Positions 19,775-29,693 of a DNA stretch of 64,000 nt are shown in pieces. The notes beneath the pieces were generated by a model, which was not told where the DNA came from, did no database searches, and saw only the letters and a program-made list of their open reading frames with translations. Numbering within the stretch: position 1 is the first letter of the stretch; each line of letters starts with the position of its first letter. The DNA is taken from the NCBI GenBank assembly GCA_016214565.1, contig JACROE010000002.1, positions 792,007 to 856,006 of the forward strand, read 5' to 3'. Made by a program: the position numbers and the translations under genes. Source of the stretch: Candidatus Kerfeldbacteria bacterium (GTDB lineage Bacteria; Patescibacteriota; Patescibacteriia; UBA10025; JAHIVO01).

Positions 19775-20464
19775 ATGGAATCTAGACAAGGCACTCTTTT
19801 TATTATTGCTACTCCCATTGGAAATCTCGAAGACATAACATTTCGAGCTATTCGTGTGTTGAAAGAGTCTGATCTGATACTCTGTGAGGATACGCGGCAC
19901 ACTGCCCAGCTGCTCAATCATTTCGAGATCAAGCGGCCGCTTTTGAGCTACCACCAACATTCGACGGTGCAGAAAGTTGACGAAATTATTCAGTATCTCC
20001 GGGAAGGGAAGTCGTTAGCGCTAGTTTCAGATGCGGGTACGCCGGGGATTTCTGATCCGGGTGGCGTCTTGATTCACCAGGTGGTACAGGCGTTAGGCGA
20101 ATCGGTGCGTATTGTGCCGATTCCTGGTGCGTCGGCTTTGGCAACCATGATATCAGTCGCCGGTGTGCCAATGGATAAATTTGTCTTCTTTGGTTTCTTG
20201 CCACACAAAAAAGGACGCCAGACTCTTTTTCAGGAGATTGCGGAATCAGAACGCACCGTTATTTTTTATGAATCCACCCATCGCATCATAAAGGCGCTTG
20301 AATCATTAGTATCAGTATTAGCGCCTGATCGACAGATCGTGGTTGGTCGAGAGTTGACCAAGCAATTTGAAACCATCTATCGCGGGTCAGCAGCCGAGGT
20401 TCTGACTGCACTGCAAGCTGATGTCGTCAAAGGGGAATTTGTGGTGGTGGTGAGTGGGAAGTAA
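19775..20464 (+). CDS. rsmI: 16S rRNA C1402 2'-O-methyltransferase
   Basis: ATPIGNLEDIT, CEDTR, VSDAGTPGISDPG, RELTK, KGEFV. Confidence 0.96.
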   Translation: MESRQGTLFIIATPIGNLEDITFRAIRVLKESDLILCEDTRHTAQLLNHFEIKRPLLSYHQHSTVQKVDEIIQYLREGKSLALVSDAGTPGISDPGGVLIHQVVQALGESVRIVPIPGASALATMISVAGVPMDKFVFFGFLPHKKGRQTLFQEIAESERTVIFYESTHRIIKALESLVSVLAPDRQIVVGRELTKQFETIYRGSAAEVLTALQADVVKGEFVVVVSGK

Positions 20465-20471
20465 TATATTT

Positions 20472-20618
20472 AGTGATAAAAAATTTGACACAGTGTTTTG
20501 TTCTGACCTGATGCGGGCGATTGATTCCGCGCATTTGGTATTTGGCAAGCAATAAGAGATCATTCAGGACAAACGATTGTGCGAAGTAAATTACGGAGAT
20601 TGGAATGAATGGCGATAA
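20472..20618 (+). pseudogene. Histidine phosphatase (phosphoglycerate-mutase family) fragment
   Basis: Frame reads SDKKFDTVFCSDLMRAIDSAHLVFGKQ*EIIQDKRLCEVNYGDWN; in-frame TAA at 20553; no N-terminal RHG motif. Confidence 0.65.
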
Positions 20619-20710
20619 GATTCATTTTTTGGTAGTGATTACCACATTTTAAATGAAAAGCCGCAAGAATGTTTCATCTTACGGCTTATTTGTGCATTGC
20701 TTGCAACTGG

Positions 20711-21487
20711 CTAATCTTCGGTGTACCCTTTGCCGTTGCACGAAGGGCAGTCTCCACTACCGCCACACTTGTAGCAGTCGTCATCTGGCATGAATGCAGG
20801 ATGCCCATCGCCTTGGCATTCAGCGCATTTGCCGTCGCCGATGTCACCATGATGCAGATCATTGATTTCATCGTTGCAATCATCGCATTTAGCGATGCCA
20901 AGCGTTCTTCGCCATTTGTCATCGTCATCTACATCCTCCCTATCGCCGCTTGAGTCAGAAGAATGCAAACTCGATGAGCTAGAGCTTGGGGCTGAATAAT
21001 CACCTGAACTTGATGACCAATCAGATGAGCGTGATGATGGAGGCCTCGGTTTACTGATCGGCACAGCTTTAGGAGCAACGACGGCTGCTGCCGCCGCATG
21101 TTGTACTGCAGCTATTCGTACAGCTTCTTTCTGTTGCATCTCCCACTCTTTCCTTTTCCGCTCGTTTTCTGCCATTTTTTCACAAAACATAATAATGCCA
21201 ATAATGAATATAATAATCATTATCGCGAGCGCAATAGCTGCTAGTATTGAAGTAACAATTATAGCCCAAAGTATTTTAATACAGACGACAAATCCTATAT
21301 ACATTTCCCCCCAAAATGTATGAGCAGGCTGCGCTCTGTATTTTTTTGGGCACAGATCAGTGTCGGAAGAAAAGCCGAATACGCAACGTGCGTTTTCTGG
21401 ACCCCATCGTTCAACGGCAATAATAAAAACAGTAAAGCAAGCACCAAGCCAGATGAATCCGGATAGTATCCACATATACCAAGTCAT
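20711..21487 (-). CDS. Membrane protein with Ser-rich linker and C-terminal DnaJ-type CxxCxGxG zinc finger
   Basis: TM segments, charged coil, CAECQGDG, CYKCGGSG, CPSCNGKG; own TTGACA-N17-TATGGT promoter and AAGGAG SD. Confidence 0.7.
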   Translation of the reverse strand: MTWYMWILSGFIWLGACFTVFIIAVERWGPENARCVFGFSSDTDLCPKKYRAQPAHTFWGEMYIGFVVCIKILWAIIVTSILAAIALAIMIIIFIIGIIMFCEKMAENERKRKEWEMQQKEAVRIAAVQHAAAAAVVAPKAVPISKPRPPSSRSSDWSSSSGDYSAPSSSSSSLHSSDSSGDREDVDDDDKWRRTLGIAKCDDCNDEINDLHHGDIGDGKCAECQGDGHPAFMPDDDCYKCGGSGDCPSCNGKGYTED

Positions 21488-21665
21488 GATATAGCTCCTT
21501 GTATTGTAAAGAACGTTTATGTATTCAAATCACCATACTTTTATTGAATCAATTTGTCAATGGGTTATGCGGGAAATTTTTTTAAGTCAGGTGGAGGAGT
21601 GAATCTTCACGATTTTTGGTATACTATATAGTGGGTTATATAGTTTGATTATTAACGTAACCACC

Positions 21666-23018
21666 ATGGATGCTCAACAAAAAAAATCATTTTTCAAGCG
21701 GTTTTGGTGGATTGGCTTCCTAGGCATTGCCGCAATTGCAGTCGTTGTAATCGTAATGAATGGAAGTAAGTTTTCGAGTAATTCAGAGGCTATAAATAAA
21801 AAAGAAATTACGGAAAAACAAACAACGAAATCCAACAACACGTTGCAGTCAACTATCAACAAACCGTGCCCAGCTAACCTTTCGGGAATTTTGACGTATC
21901 CATTCATGGAATCAAAATACATTGCCGCTCTAACTCCATTGGGCAACATCAATCCCCCCGGACACACCTCGCCGGTCGATCATGTGTATTTTGCCACAAC
22001 GTATGAGGGTCGGATTCCGCTCTATGCTCCGGCCGATGCGGTGATAACGAGTATCCTCATTGATTCAGTTCAGGACGATCAAGGCACGTATACACCGACT
22101 GGCTATGTCATCTCATACACCGTGTGTGATGGTGTTGTGCTCGATTTTGCGGCTTATACTGACGTCATTCAGCCGATTAAAGATGCAATCGCGAATCTGT
22201 CCCCAAGCTGTACCTACGGGATCGAAAAAAGCGAACATGAGAAGGCAGGTGGTCAGTGTGGCTACCAGCTTTCGTATCCAGTGACTGCTGGTCAGGAAAT
22301 CGGCTGGGTTCAGGCAATTAAACGCTCGGAAGGTGAATTAAATTTGCCTTTTGAAATCTGGGCGGCTAATTACAATGAGCCTGCGCCAAGTCAGACAAAC
22401 TGGGAATACTACAATGATGATCGATACGCCCATATTATCTGTTTATTTGATTTATATACTGGCGATTTGAAAAAACAATATGAACAGAAGTTTGGCAGGT
22501 GGGAAACCGGGGACTATAAAGATCCTTTCACTGGCACGATTACGCCGAATCCTTCCGGCGGCATGTTTATCCCTCGCACTGTCGAACCGCTTTGCGGCCA
22601 GGTTGATCAGGATGTAACTGATACGATACAGGGCATGTGGTTTAGCCAAAAACCTGATAATAATGATAAAAGCGGCAACATAGCCGGAACCGGTCAAGGA
22701 TTGGCGATTGTCCACGACAATCTCAATCCGACACTTGGTGTCGTTTCAATTGGGGGAGAATTGACTGGCGCGCTTGACGGTAGCTTTCTTTTTGTTCCGG
22801 AGCACGAAGGAACCGTAAATCGTGAGCCGAGTGAAGTGACGGCCGATGGTAAAGTATATTGCTATGACACGCGATCCAAATCGTGGGGGGATCAGTCTAC
22901 GGCGGGTCAAAAAATTCTAGTACAACTCATTGATAGCCATCATCTCATCGCAGAAAATAAATCCGGTTCCTGCCTGGCGGAAGAAATTATCTCGACGCCC
23001 TATCAATTTGAACGGTAA
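21666..23018 (+). CDS. Membrane-anchored extracellular hypothetical protein
   Basis: N-terminal TM; PLGNINPPGHTSPVDHVYF; several Cys. Confidence 0.7.
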   Translation: MDAQQKKSFFKRFWWIGFLGIAAIAVVVIVMNGSKFSSNSEAINKKEITEKQTTKSNNTLQSTINKPCPANLSGILTYPFMESKYIAALTPLGNINPPGHTSPVDHVYFATTYEGRIPLYAPADAVITSILIDSVQDDQGTYTPTGYVISYTVCDGVVLDFAAYTDVIQPIKDAIANLSPSCTYGIEKSEHEKAGGQCGYQLSYPVTAGQEIGWVQAIKRSEGELNLPFEIWAANYNEPAPSQTNWEYYNDDRYAHIICLFDLYTGDLKKQYEQKFGRWETGDYKDPFTGTITPNPSGGMFIPRTVEPLCGQVDQDVTDTIQGMWFSQKPDNNDKSGNIAGTGQGLAIVHDNLNPTLGVVSIGGELTGALDGSFLFVPEHEGTVNREPSEVTADGKVYCYDTRSKSWGDQSTAGQKILVQLIDSHHLIAENKSGSCLAEEIISTPYQFER

Positions 23019-23128
23019 AATCTAATCGGAAATTCTAAAATATTTTTATTGACAGCTAACGGTAAGTTCCAGTATGCTGTCATAATCAAACGGCACATTT
23101 CAGTAAACATTTTTTCACGGAGGGACGC

Positions 23129-23464
23129 ATGAATAAGTCTCGGAAGGCGCTTTTGTTTGGGGCGGCGGGCTTAGTGCTCGGTTCCTATGGGGGATTCAAT
23201 TTTCATGTCATTGGCTTCGGGCCATTGCTTTTGTTTGGCGCAGTGTTCGTGCTTGGCTCTATCAAAGCGAGTGGGACGAATGGAATCGCCGATGCGGTGA
23301 TTTTTCTGGTAGCCATGGCGGTCGCGATCTATGTGCACCGCGAAGACTCACCGAAGATATTCCGCATCATTCTGATGATCATTGAAGGGGCTATCTACAG
23401 CACGATTTTGGCACAGATTTTTTTGAAGCGGCGCATTGGCTTCGAACATGTACGTATGGATTGA
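23129..23464 (+). CDS. Hypothetical 4-TM protein (stand-alone unit)
   Basis: TTGACA at 23049, GGAGG SD, terminator at about 23484-23526. Confidence 0.6.
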   Translation: MNKSRKALLFGAAGLVLGSYGGFNFHVIGFGPLLLFGAVFVLGSIKASGTNGIADAVIFLVAMAVAIYVHREDSPKIFRIILMIIEGAIYSTILAQIFLKRRIGFEHVRMD

Positions 23465-23583
23465 CGCTTCTGCGGCATCGTGTTACCAGTCATTCTCGTT
23501 TGAAGAGTGGCTGGTATTTTATTTTTGAAGATTGAATCGGATTAATTAATAAAAAAGAGCCTCATAGTGTAATTACGAGACTC

Positions 23584-24423
23584 TTATGCCACCAGCTCGA
23601 GCTGGTGGAGTATACGTCGTAACAGGTGATCGGCGCCAGTTTCGCGCATGACCATATGGCCAAACTGATGCATGATCATGGTGCTGTCTGGAGCGTATTT
23701 ACGAACTAAGGAGTGCTGGATCCGCAAGGGGACCACTTGATCATTTTTGCCTGCGACGATCAGGATTTGGCGCGAATGAATGTGCGGAACTCGCACTGTG
23801 TTCAAGATAATGGATTGAAGCACTCGTCCAATACGAGGCGGATCGACCTGCCGTAGGCTCTGGAGACCGTCAAGTTGGTCAAACAAATCATCCTGCCATC
23901 GCTGACGGATTGTCGGCGGAAGCTTACCTCTGACCCACGTGAGCGCCTCACGGTAAAGCTGACATTCATCAAGGTTGCGGTTTACCCCTCGCGTGAAGAG
24001 ATGTTTGAATATTTGGGGCGTGTATCGTGGCAGATGAGCCGTCCAATACCAGCCAATATTACGAATGCCAAATGGGGCAACGCTGGCGATAAGCACCACG
24101 GCGGGGATAGCGCGTTTTGACGCCACGACCTGGGCAATCAAACCACCGAGCGAATGTCCGCATAGAACCGGCACTACTCCGTATTCAGATTGAATACGAT
24201 CTAAAGCGTCATGGACGATTGCCACGTAGTCATTGATTGACAGGCTCGTCTTTCCGGTTGGGAAGTTGATGGACCACGATTGGTATCCATGGTCGGCGCA
24301 CTGCCGTGCCCATTCACCCCAAATCGTTGCATCATTCCACAGACCATGAATGAAGAATATGGATTTGTCGGATACGCTCCACTTGGCCGGAGCGTAGTGT
24401 AGCGTATAATTGGTTTTCACCAC
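23584..24423 (-). CDS. Alpha/beta hydrolase
   Basis: FIHGLW, GHSLGG nucleophile elbow, GKNDQVVP, GHM; GTG start after GGAGGG. Confidence 0.85.
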   Translation of the reverse strand: MVKTNYTLHYAPAKWSVSDKSIFFIHGLWNDATIWGEWARQCADHGYQSWSINFPTGKTSLSINDYVAIVHDALDRIQSEYGVVPVLCGHSLGGLIAQVVASKRAIPAVVLIASVAPFGIRNIGWYWTAHLPRYTPQIFKHLFTRGVNRNLDECQLYREALTWVRGKLPPTIRQRWQDDLFDQLDGLQSLRQVDPPRIGRVLQSIILNTVRVPHIHSRQILIVAGKNDQVVPLRIQHSLVRKYAPDSTMIMHQFGHMVMRETGADHLLRRILHQLELVA

Positions 24424-24599
24424 AGTACCCTCCATTATTTAAGATTTAAGGAACAAAACTATTTCACCCCACTATACTGTGTGTCATGATAATTGTAAAG
24501 TCTCGCTGGGCATCCGGGGAGTCGCGTGGGTTGACCAATATTTTACTTTACACAAATTATTGATATACTGAAGCTATAATTCATTAATCAAATAGTCCT

Positions 24600-25241
24600 A
24601 TGTCAGAAAAAGCAGTGCACATCGGCCAAGCCATTGGTTTTGGCTGGGCGTCGATTAAGAAAGATTTTTGGTATTTAATTGCGTTGTCGGTTATTGTCGC
24701 GGTTGTTAACGGATTTCCAAGCATGATTGACAATGATAATAATACACTTGGATTGCTGGGGCTGCTTTTGAGCGCTTGGATTACCAGTGGCATGCTCCGT
24801 ATTGTCATTGACTATGTTCGGGGCACTAAGCGTGAATTGACGGATGTGTTTACCCAGACAAAATATTTCTTGCGGGTGTTCCTTGGTATGATTTTCTTGG
24901 GGATTATTTTCGTTGTTGGCTTAGTTCTCTTTATTATTCCGGGCATTTACCTCGCTTTGAAATATTCATTTACCATGTATTTCATCGTGGATAAGGACAT
25001 GAGCATCACTGACGCGATGAAAGCGAGCGCGCACATGACAAGCGGAATCAAAGGGTCGTTATTTGGTTTAGCGATGGCGTCTTTCGGCGTTTTCATACTT
25101 GGCGCTATCGCCTTTGGTATCGGCATCTTTGTAGCTATACCGATCGTCTGGCTGGCATACGGGTATGTGTACAATAGTTTGTTGGCTTCAGTACCAGCGG
25201 CTCAGACGGTGGTCGCTTCAGCAACACCGGCGAAAAAGTAA
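24600..25241 (+). CDS. DUF975-like integral membrane protein
   Basis: GLVLFIIPGIY..YFIVDK..DAMKAS..G.K motif; multi-TM. Confidence 0.7.
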   Translation: MSEKAVHIGQAIGFGWASIKKDFWYLIALSVIVAVVNGFPSMIDNDNNTLGLLGLLLSAWITSGMLRIVIDYVRGTKRELTDVFTQTKYFLRVFLGMIFLGIIFVVGLVLFIIPGIYLALKYSFTMYFIVDKDMSITDAMKASAHMTSGIKGSLFGLAMASFGVFILGAIAFGIGIFVAIPIVWLAYGYVYNSLLASVPAAQTVVASATPAKK

Positions 25242-25386
25242 CCAGAATTTTTCAGATAGCCGCTGATACACGCATGTGTGTCAGCGGTTTTGGTTGTTCG
25301 TTGACAAAAAGAAGAAAACGCTATACGATAGGGCATCAAGAAATAGCTCTGTTAAATAATAATCTCTCGATAGCATGGAGGATAGT

Positions 25387-25551
25387 ATGAACATGTTTCA
25401 GTATCTTTGGGCGGATTTCATATCCCAGTGGCCGCGTGTCGACAAAATGGCTCTTAGCCTGGTCGTACTCCTGTTTCTCGGGATTGTCATCTTTCTTGCA
25501 TTCTTAGCAAAAAAGATTGACTCTTTGTTTGGTCGAGCAGTACTTGCCTGA
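25387..25551 (+). CDS. 54-aa single-TM microprotein (not in the ORF track)
   Basis: MNMFQYLWADFISQWPRVDKMALSLVVLLFLGIVIFLAFLAKKIDSLFGRAVLA; TTGACA(25301)-N17-TACGAT, GGAGG SD, terminator at about 25581-25619. Confidence 0.7.
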   Translation: MNMFQYLWADFISQWPRVDKMALSLVVLLFLGIVIFLAFLAKKIDSLFGRAVLA

Positions 25552-25641
25552 CGCCTCACCGTATCCTCGTCAGATGAGTCAAAACCGCAACGTCACTTAA
25601 GTGGTACTGCGGTTTTTTTATATACGGCTACAATACTTCAC

Positions 25642-25674
25642 ATACCTCAATCCGAAGATTTTTGGTATACTATA
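25642..25674 (+). repeat. 33-bp direct repeat, copy 1 (extended -10 promoter)
   Basis: ATACCTCAATCCGAAGATTTTTGGTATACTATA, 32/33 identical to 26642-26674. Confidence 0.9.
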
Positions 25675-25704
25675 TGACTCGAACATTTTTTGCAAATGTT
25701 AGAA

Positions 25705-26595
25705 ATGATTAGCCTTGTTATACCAACATATAATCGTCTTACTCGTTTACGTGACTGTCTACACTCAGTGACAAAGTTAGCACACACAGAGTATGAGATA
25801 TTGGTGGTCAATGACGGGTCGACTGATGGTACGAGAGCATACCTTGATAGTCTGACTGATCCACGCATCACGGTTATCCATCATGAAAAAAATCGTGGGC
25901 AATCTCAAGCGCGTACGAGCGGATTTTGCCAGGCTCGAGGAACTATCGTAGCGTTTACGGATGATGATTGCATTGTAGATAGCCACTGGCTCAATGAGCT
26001 TGAGTCAGCCGTGCGATTTGGATCATATGATTTTGTGTTTGGGGCAACGTTTTATGTCAACCAGCAGTATCAGGGCTATTTCCCCGAACGGTTAACCAGT
26101 AATGGCGGCGGCCGTTGGCCAGGTGGAGCAAATATTGCGTTTACTAAAAAGCTTTTGGATCGCATCGGATCTTTTGAAAGCACTTTTGATGAATATCATA
26201 ACGAGGACACCGAATTGGCAATCCGCGCGGTAGCCTCAGGTGCACGGTACGGGCGGGTGCCGCAAGCGCTTGTTTACCATCAGCCCGAAACTTGGACCAT
26301 CAGAAGCCTGCTGGCTTCATCAAAAAATCTGGCTGTTTGGCCAGTCTTAAAGAAAATGTATCCTATACACTATCTTGCTTTTGGCGGTCCGGCCCGATGG
26401 CGTGTCGTTGTCGAGCCGTCTGATTATATTAAAATTGCGTTACTGCCTTTACTCATTCCATTACTACTGGTGAGATATTGGTATCATGGTAAGCGAGGAC
26501 TGCTTATTTTTTTTACTAAATGGCCAGTCTGGATTCTGATGCGGCGGTGGCAGGTGATTAGACAGGCCATCAGACAGAGGGTCTTCATGGTTTAG
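25705..26595 (+). CDS. Glycosyltransferase family 2
   Basis: SLVIPTYNR, VVNDGSTDGT, AFTDDDC, EDTELAIR. Confidence 0.92.
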   Translation: MISLVIPTYNRLTRLRDCLHSVTKLAHTEYEILVVNDGSTDGTRAYLDSLTDPRITVIHHEKNRGQSQARTSGFCQARGTIVAFTDDDCIVDSHWLNELESAVRFGSYDFVFGATFYVNQQYQGYFPERLTSNGGGRWPGGANIAFTKKLLDRIGSFESTFDEYHNEDTELAIRAVASGARYGRVPQALVYHQPETWTIRSLLASSKNLAVWPVLKKMYPIHYLAFGGPARWRVVVEPSDYIKIALLPLLIPLLLVRYWYHGKRGLLIFFTKWPVWILMRRWQVIRQAIRQRVFMV

Positions 26596-26641
26596 TCTGA
26601 TGAGTGGGTACTAGCTTGGATTAGAAATATTCGGTTAATTG

Positions 26642-26674
26642 ATACCTCAATCCGAAAATTTTTGGTATACTATA
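26642..26674 (+). repeat. 33-bp direct repeat, copy 2 (metG promoter)
   Basis: ATACCTCAATCCGAAAATTTTTGGTATACTATA; TATACT lies 9 nt before the metG ATG. Confidence 0.9.
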
Positions 26675-26680
26675 CATATT

Positions 26681-28111
26681 ATGGCACAGCGATTTTATGT
26701 AACAACACCTATTTATTACGTCAATGATAAGCCGCATATTGGGCATGCCTACACCACGATTGCGGCCGATGTTTTGGCGCGGTATTACCGGCTGCAGGGA
26801 GCTGAGGTGTTTTTTTTGACTGGTACTGATGAGCATGGCGACAAAGTAGCAGAAAGCGCGGAAAAGGCCGGTCAGTCAGTGCGGGCGTTTGTTGATCAGA
26901 ATGCCGGTGAATTTTCAAAAACGTTTGCTAATCTTGAGATTAGCCATGATATATTCATGCGGACGACGCTGAAGGAACACGAGGCTTCGGTGAAAATCTT
27001 CATGGAAAAATTGCATGCCAACGATGCCCTCTATCAGGGGACGTACGAGGGACTGTACTGCCGCGGGTGTGAGGACTTTTATACTGAGAAAGATTTGATC
27101 GACGGCCTGTGCCCGATTCACAAGAAAAAACCCGAAGTGGTAAAAGAGAAGAACTGGTTTTTCAAATTAACCCAATACCTTCCTGAAGTACAGCGCTTAA
27201 TTCAGGACGGGGTATTAGCCATCGAGCCAGACTCGCGCCGTAGCGAAGTATTGGGGTTATTCAAGCAAGGCTTGAAGGATTTTTCCGTGACCCGTGAGCG
27301 GGTCAAATGGGGGATTGATTTTCCAATTGATCCAAAGCAAAAAATTTACGTCTGGGTCGAAGCTTTGCAGAATTACATTTCCGCTATCGGTTATGGTATT
27401 AATCAGGATGAATTTGTGAAATGGTGGCCGGCAGATGTCCACTTGATGGCAAAGGATATCGTGAAGTTTCACGCCATTTATTGGCCAGCCATGTTGCTGG
27501 CAGCCGGGGAGGAATTGCCGAAGAAAATATTTGCGCACGGCTTCTTTAGCCTTAATGGGCAAAAAATGTCCAAGTCATTGGGCAACGTCATTGATCCTAA
27601 TGACTTGGTGACTCAATTTGGCGCAGATGCAACGCGGTATTTGTTGCTGTCGCAATTTCCTTTTGGTCAAGACGGTGACATCAAACAAGAATTATTTATT
27701 GAAAAATATAATGCTGACCTCGCCAACAACCTGGGCAATCTCGTGAGTCGGGTGTTAAATATGATTGAGCAGTATTGCGATGGTCGGATACCCCAGGATG
27801 TCATTTCACCAATATTCCTTGACGAAGTCGGTCTGCATATTGAACGGCTTGAATTTGACTTGGCATTGAAAAAAATGTGGTCCGCAATTGATGATGCTAA
27901 TCATATGATAGACGACCAAAAACCCTGGGTGCTGGCAAAAGATCCCGCCCAGCGCGAAGCACTGGAGTTGCTCTTGTCCCAGCTGGCACGATTTTTACTG
28001 GATCTGGTGAAGGTATTAGAGCCCTTCATGCCCAATGCCGCCGCGCAGATCGTGGGCGCATTTTCCGCGGAAAAAATCGTAAAAGGAGAACCATTATTTA
28101 AACGAAAATAG
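26681..28111 (+). CDS. metG: Methionine--tRNA ligase (short form, no C-terminal tRNA-binding domain)
   Basis: TTPIYYVN..HIGH, GTDEHG, KDIVKFH, KMSKSLGN. Confidence 0.96.
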   Translation: MAQRFYVTTPIYYVNDKPHIGHAYTTIAADVLARYYRLQGAEVFFLTGTDEHGDKVAESAEKAGQSVRAFVDQNAGEFSKTFANLEISHDIFMRTTLKEHEASVKIFMEKLHANDALYQGTYEGLYCRGCEDFYTEKDLIDGLCPIHKKKPEVVKEKNWFFKLTQYLPEVQRLIQDGVLAIEPDSRRSEVLGLFKQGLKDFSVTRERVKWGIDFPIDPKQKIYVWVEALQNYISAIGYGINQDEFVKWWPADVHLMAKDIVKFHAIYWPAMLLAAGEELPKKIFAHGFFSLNGQKMSKSLGNVIDPNDLVTQFGADATRYLLLSQFPFGQDGDIKQELFIEKYNADLANNLGNLVSRVLNMIEQYCDGRIPQDVISPIFLDEVGLHIERLEFDLALKKMWSAIDDANHMIDDQKPWVLAKDPAQREALELLLSQLARFLLDLVKVLEPFMPNAAAQIVGAFSAEKIVKGEPLFKRK

Positions 28112-28114
28112 TGT

Positions 28115-28621
28115 ATGGGCACACTTGATCTTATTATTCTTATCTTATTTCTCGGCTTTATTGGCTCTGGTTTTTGGTTTGGTTTTATTCACACGCTCGG
28201 AACAATTATCGGGGTAGTAGTAGGGGTGATTGCGGCGGGTCAATTATATGATGGTGTTTCATCTTTTTTTCAAATGTTTTTGTTGAAGCCGAATATTGCA
28301 GATCTGGTCGCCTTTGCCGTCATCTTTATTGCCACAAGCCAGCTGGTGGGTTGGGTAGCGAAAATGTTTGATAGCGGATTTAAGCTGGTGCGGCTATTTC
28401 CCTTCGTCAGTTCAGCTAACCGATTGGCCGGCGCCATGCTCGGATTTATCGAGGGAGCACTGGTCATTGGCGTTGTCTTATTTGTGGCGAGTAATTTTGA
28501 ACTATCGCCAAGCATTAACCAGGCAATCAGCGATTCCGTATTGGCCGGGCTGTTTATGACTATTGCCAGTATTTTGACTCCGCTGATTCCCGCCTCACTG
28601 AAGATTGAGGTCATTTCCTAG
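28115..28621 (+). CDS. CvpA family membrane protein
   Basis: DLIIL..GFWFGFI, NRLAGAMLGFIEG. Confidence 0.85.
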   Translation: MGTLDLIILILFLGFIGSGFWFGFIHTLGTIIGVVVGVIAAGQLYDGVSSFFQMFLLKPNIADLVAFAVIFIATSQLVGWVAKMFDSGFKLVRLFPFVSSANRLAGAMLGFIEGALVIGVVLFVASNFELSPSINQAISDSVLAGLFMTIASILTPLIPASLKIEVIS

Positions 28622-28622
28622 C

Positions 28623-29465
28623 ATGTTGATAGATACCCATTGCCATTTGAATTTTGCTGCTTACCGTGATGACTTGGATGCGGTGATTCAGCGTACACGC
28701 GATGAACATGTGCGGGTAATTAATGTTGGTTCGCAGTATTCTACCAGCCAGCGCGCGGTCAAATTGGCAAAAGAGCATCCCGGACAAATGTTTGCGGCAG
28801 TCGGTCTGCATCCGATTCACCTTTTTGATATGGATGTGGATGAAGGTGAGGATTCATTTCATACCCGGCGAGAAGAATTTAAAACAGAGGACTATGCTGA
28901 GTTAGCCCAAGCTCCCGGCGTGGTGGCGATTGGGGAAATGGGAATTGATTATTATCATAAACCGACCGGCATTTCTGATGATGAATTTATTCAAAAGCAA
29001 AAATGGACTTTCATCAAAGCTATTCAACTCGCGCAGAAAATCAATAAACCAATTATTATTCATACGCGCGGCGCTAAGGCTGACCCTGCACGTGCATATG
29101 TAGATATGCTAGAGCTGATCACAGAAGCAAATTTTTCAAACGCCGTGGTGCATTGCTTTACGGAGGATTGGGTAATAGCAAAAAAGATATTAGATGCCGG
29201 TTTGATGATTTCTTTTACGGGTATTATTACTTTTCCGAAGACGCACAAGCTGGAGGAGGTGGTAAAGAAAACTCCATTGGATAGCATGATGGTAGAAACA
29301 GACTCGCCCTATTTGGCTCCACAGTTAGTGCGGGGGAAACGAAACGAACCGCGCTATGTGCGGTATGTGGTTGATCGGATTGCTCAGATCAAAGGGTTGT
29401 CGTACGAGGAGGTTGAGGTGCAGACGACGAAAAATGCCGAGACTTTTTTCAAACTTCCCGGCTAG
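28623..29465 (+). CDS. tatD: TatD family hydrolase
   Basis: IDTHCHL, GLHP, GEMGIDY, IIHTR, VHCF, ETDSPYL, RGKRNEP. Confidence 0.95.
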   Translation: MLIDTHCHLNFAAYRDDLDAVIQRTRDEHVRVINVGSQYSTSQRAVKLAKEHPGQMFAAVGLHPIHLFDMDVDEGEDSFHTRREEFKTEDYAELAQAPGVVAIGEMGIDYYHKPTGISDDEFIQKQKWTFIKAIQLAQKINKPIIIHTRGAKADPARAYVDMLELITEANFSNAVVHCFTEDWVIAKKILDAGLMISFTGIITFPKTHKLEEVVKKTPLDSMMVETDSPYLAPQLVRGKRNEPRYVRYVVDRIAQIKGLSYEEVEVQTTKNAETFFKLPG

Positions 29466-29483
29466 AGTAAAATATATTTAGAT

Positions 29484-29649
29484 AAAGAGAAAGGTCGGAT
29501 ATGCATATGCATTCCGACCGTATATTTGTAGTGATGAAAGGGCGAATGAATTGGTGCTAAGGAGCGAAGGAAAGTGATAAAGGAAGGGGGTTTGTGTTGA
29601 TTTTGGTGTTGGGGGGTTGGGGGAGAAAGGAAGGGGGTTGGGGGAAAGT
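29484..29649 (-). ncRNA. Candidate C/U-rich small RNA 1 (about 165 nt)
   Basis: TTGTCA(29684-29679)-N17-TATAAT(29661-29656); nearly G-free body with no AUG; terminal hairpin GGTCGGA..TCCGACC followed by TTTCTCTTT. Confidence 0.6.
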
Positions 29650-29693
29650 ATCTCTATTATAAACCCCTTATTTTTTAATGACAAGGACATACT

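Noticed and set aside
20553-20555. Stop-codon reassignment (code 25) or readthrough
   Set aside because: The single in-frame stop is TAA in a fragment lacking both ends; long genes are intact in code 11 and use TGG for Trp.
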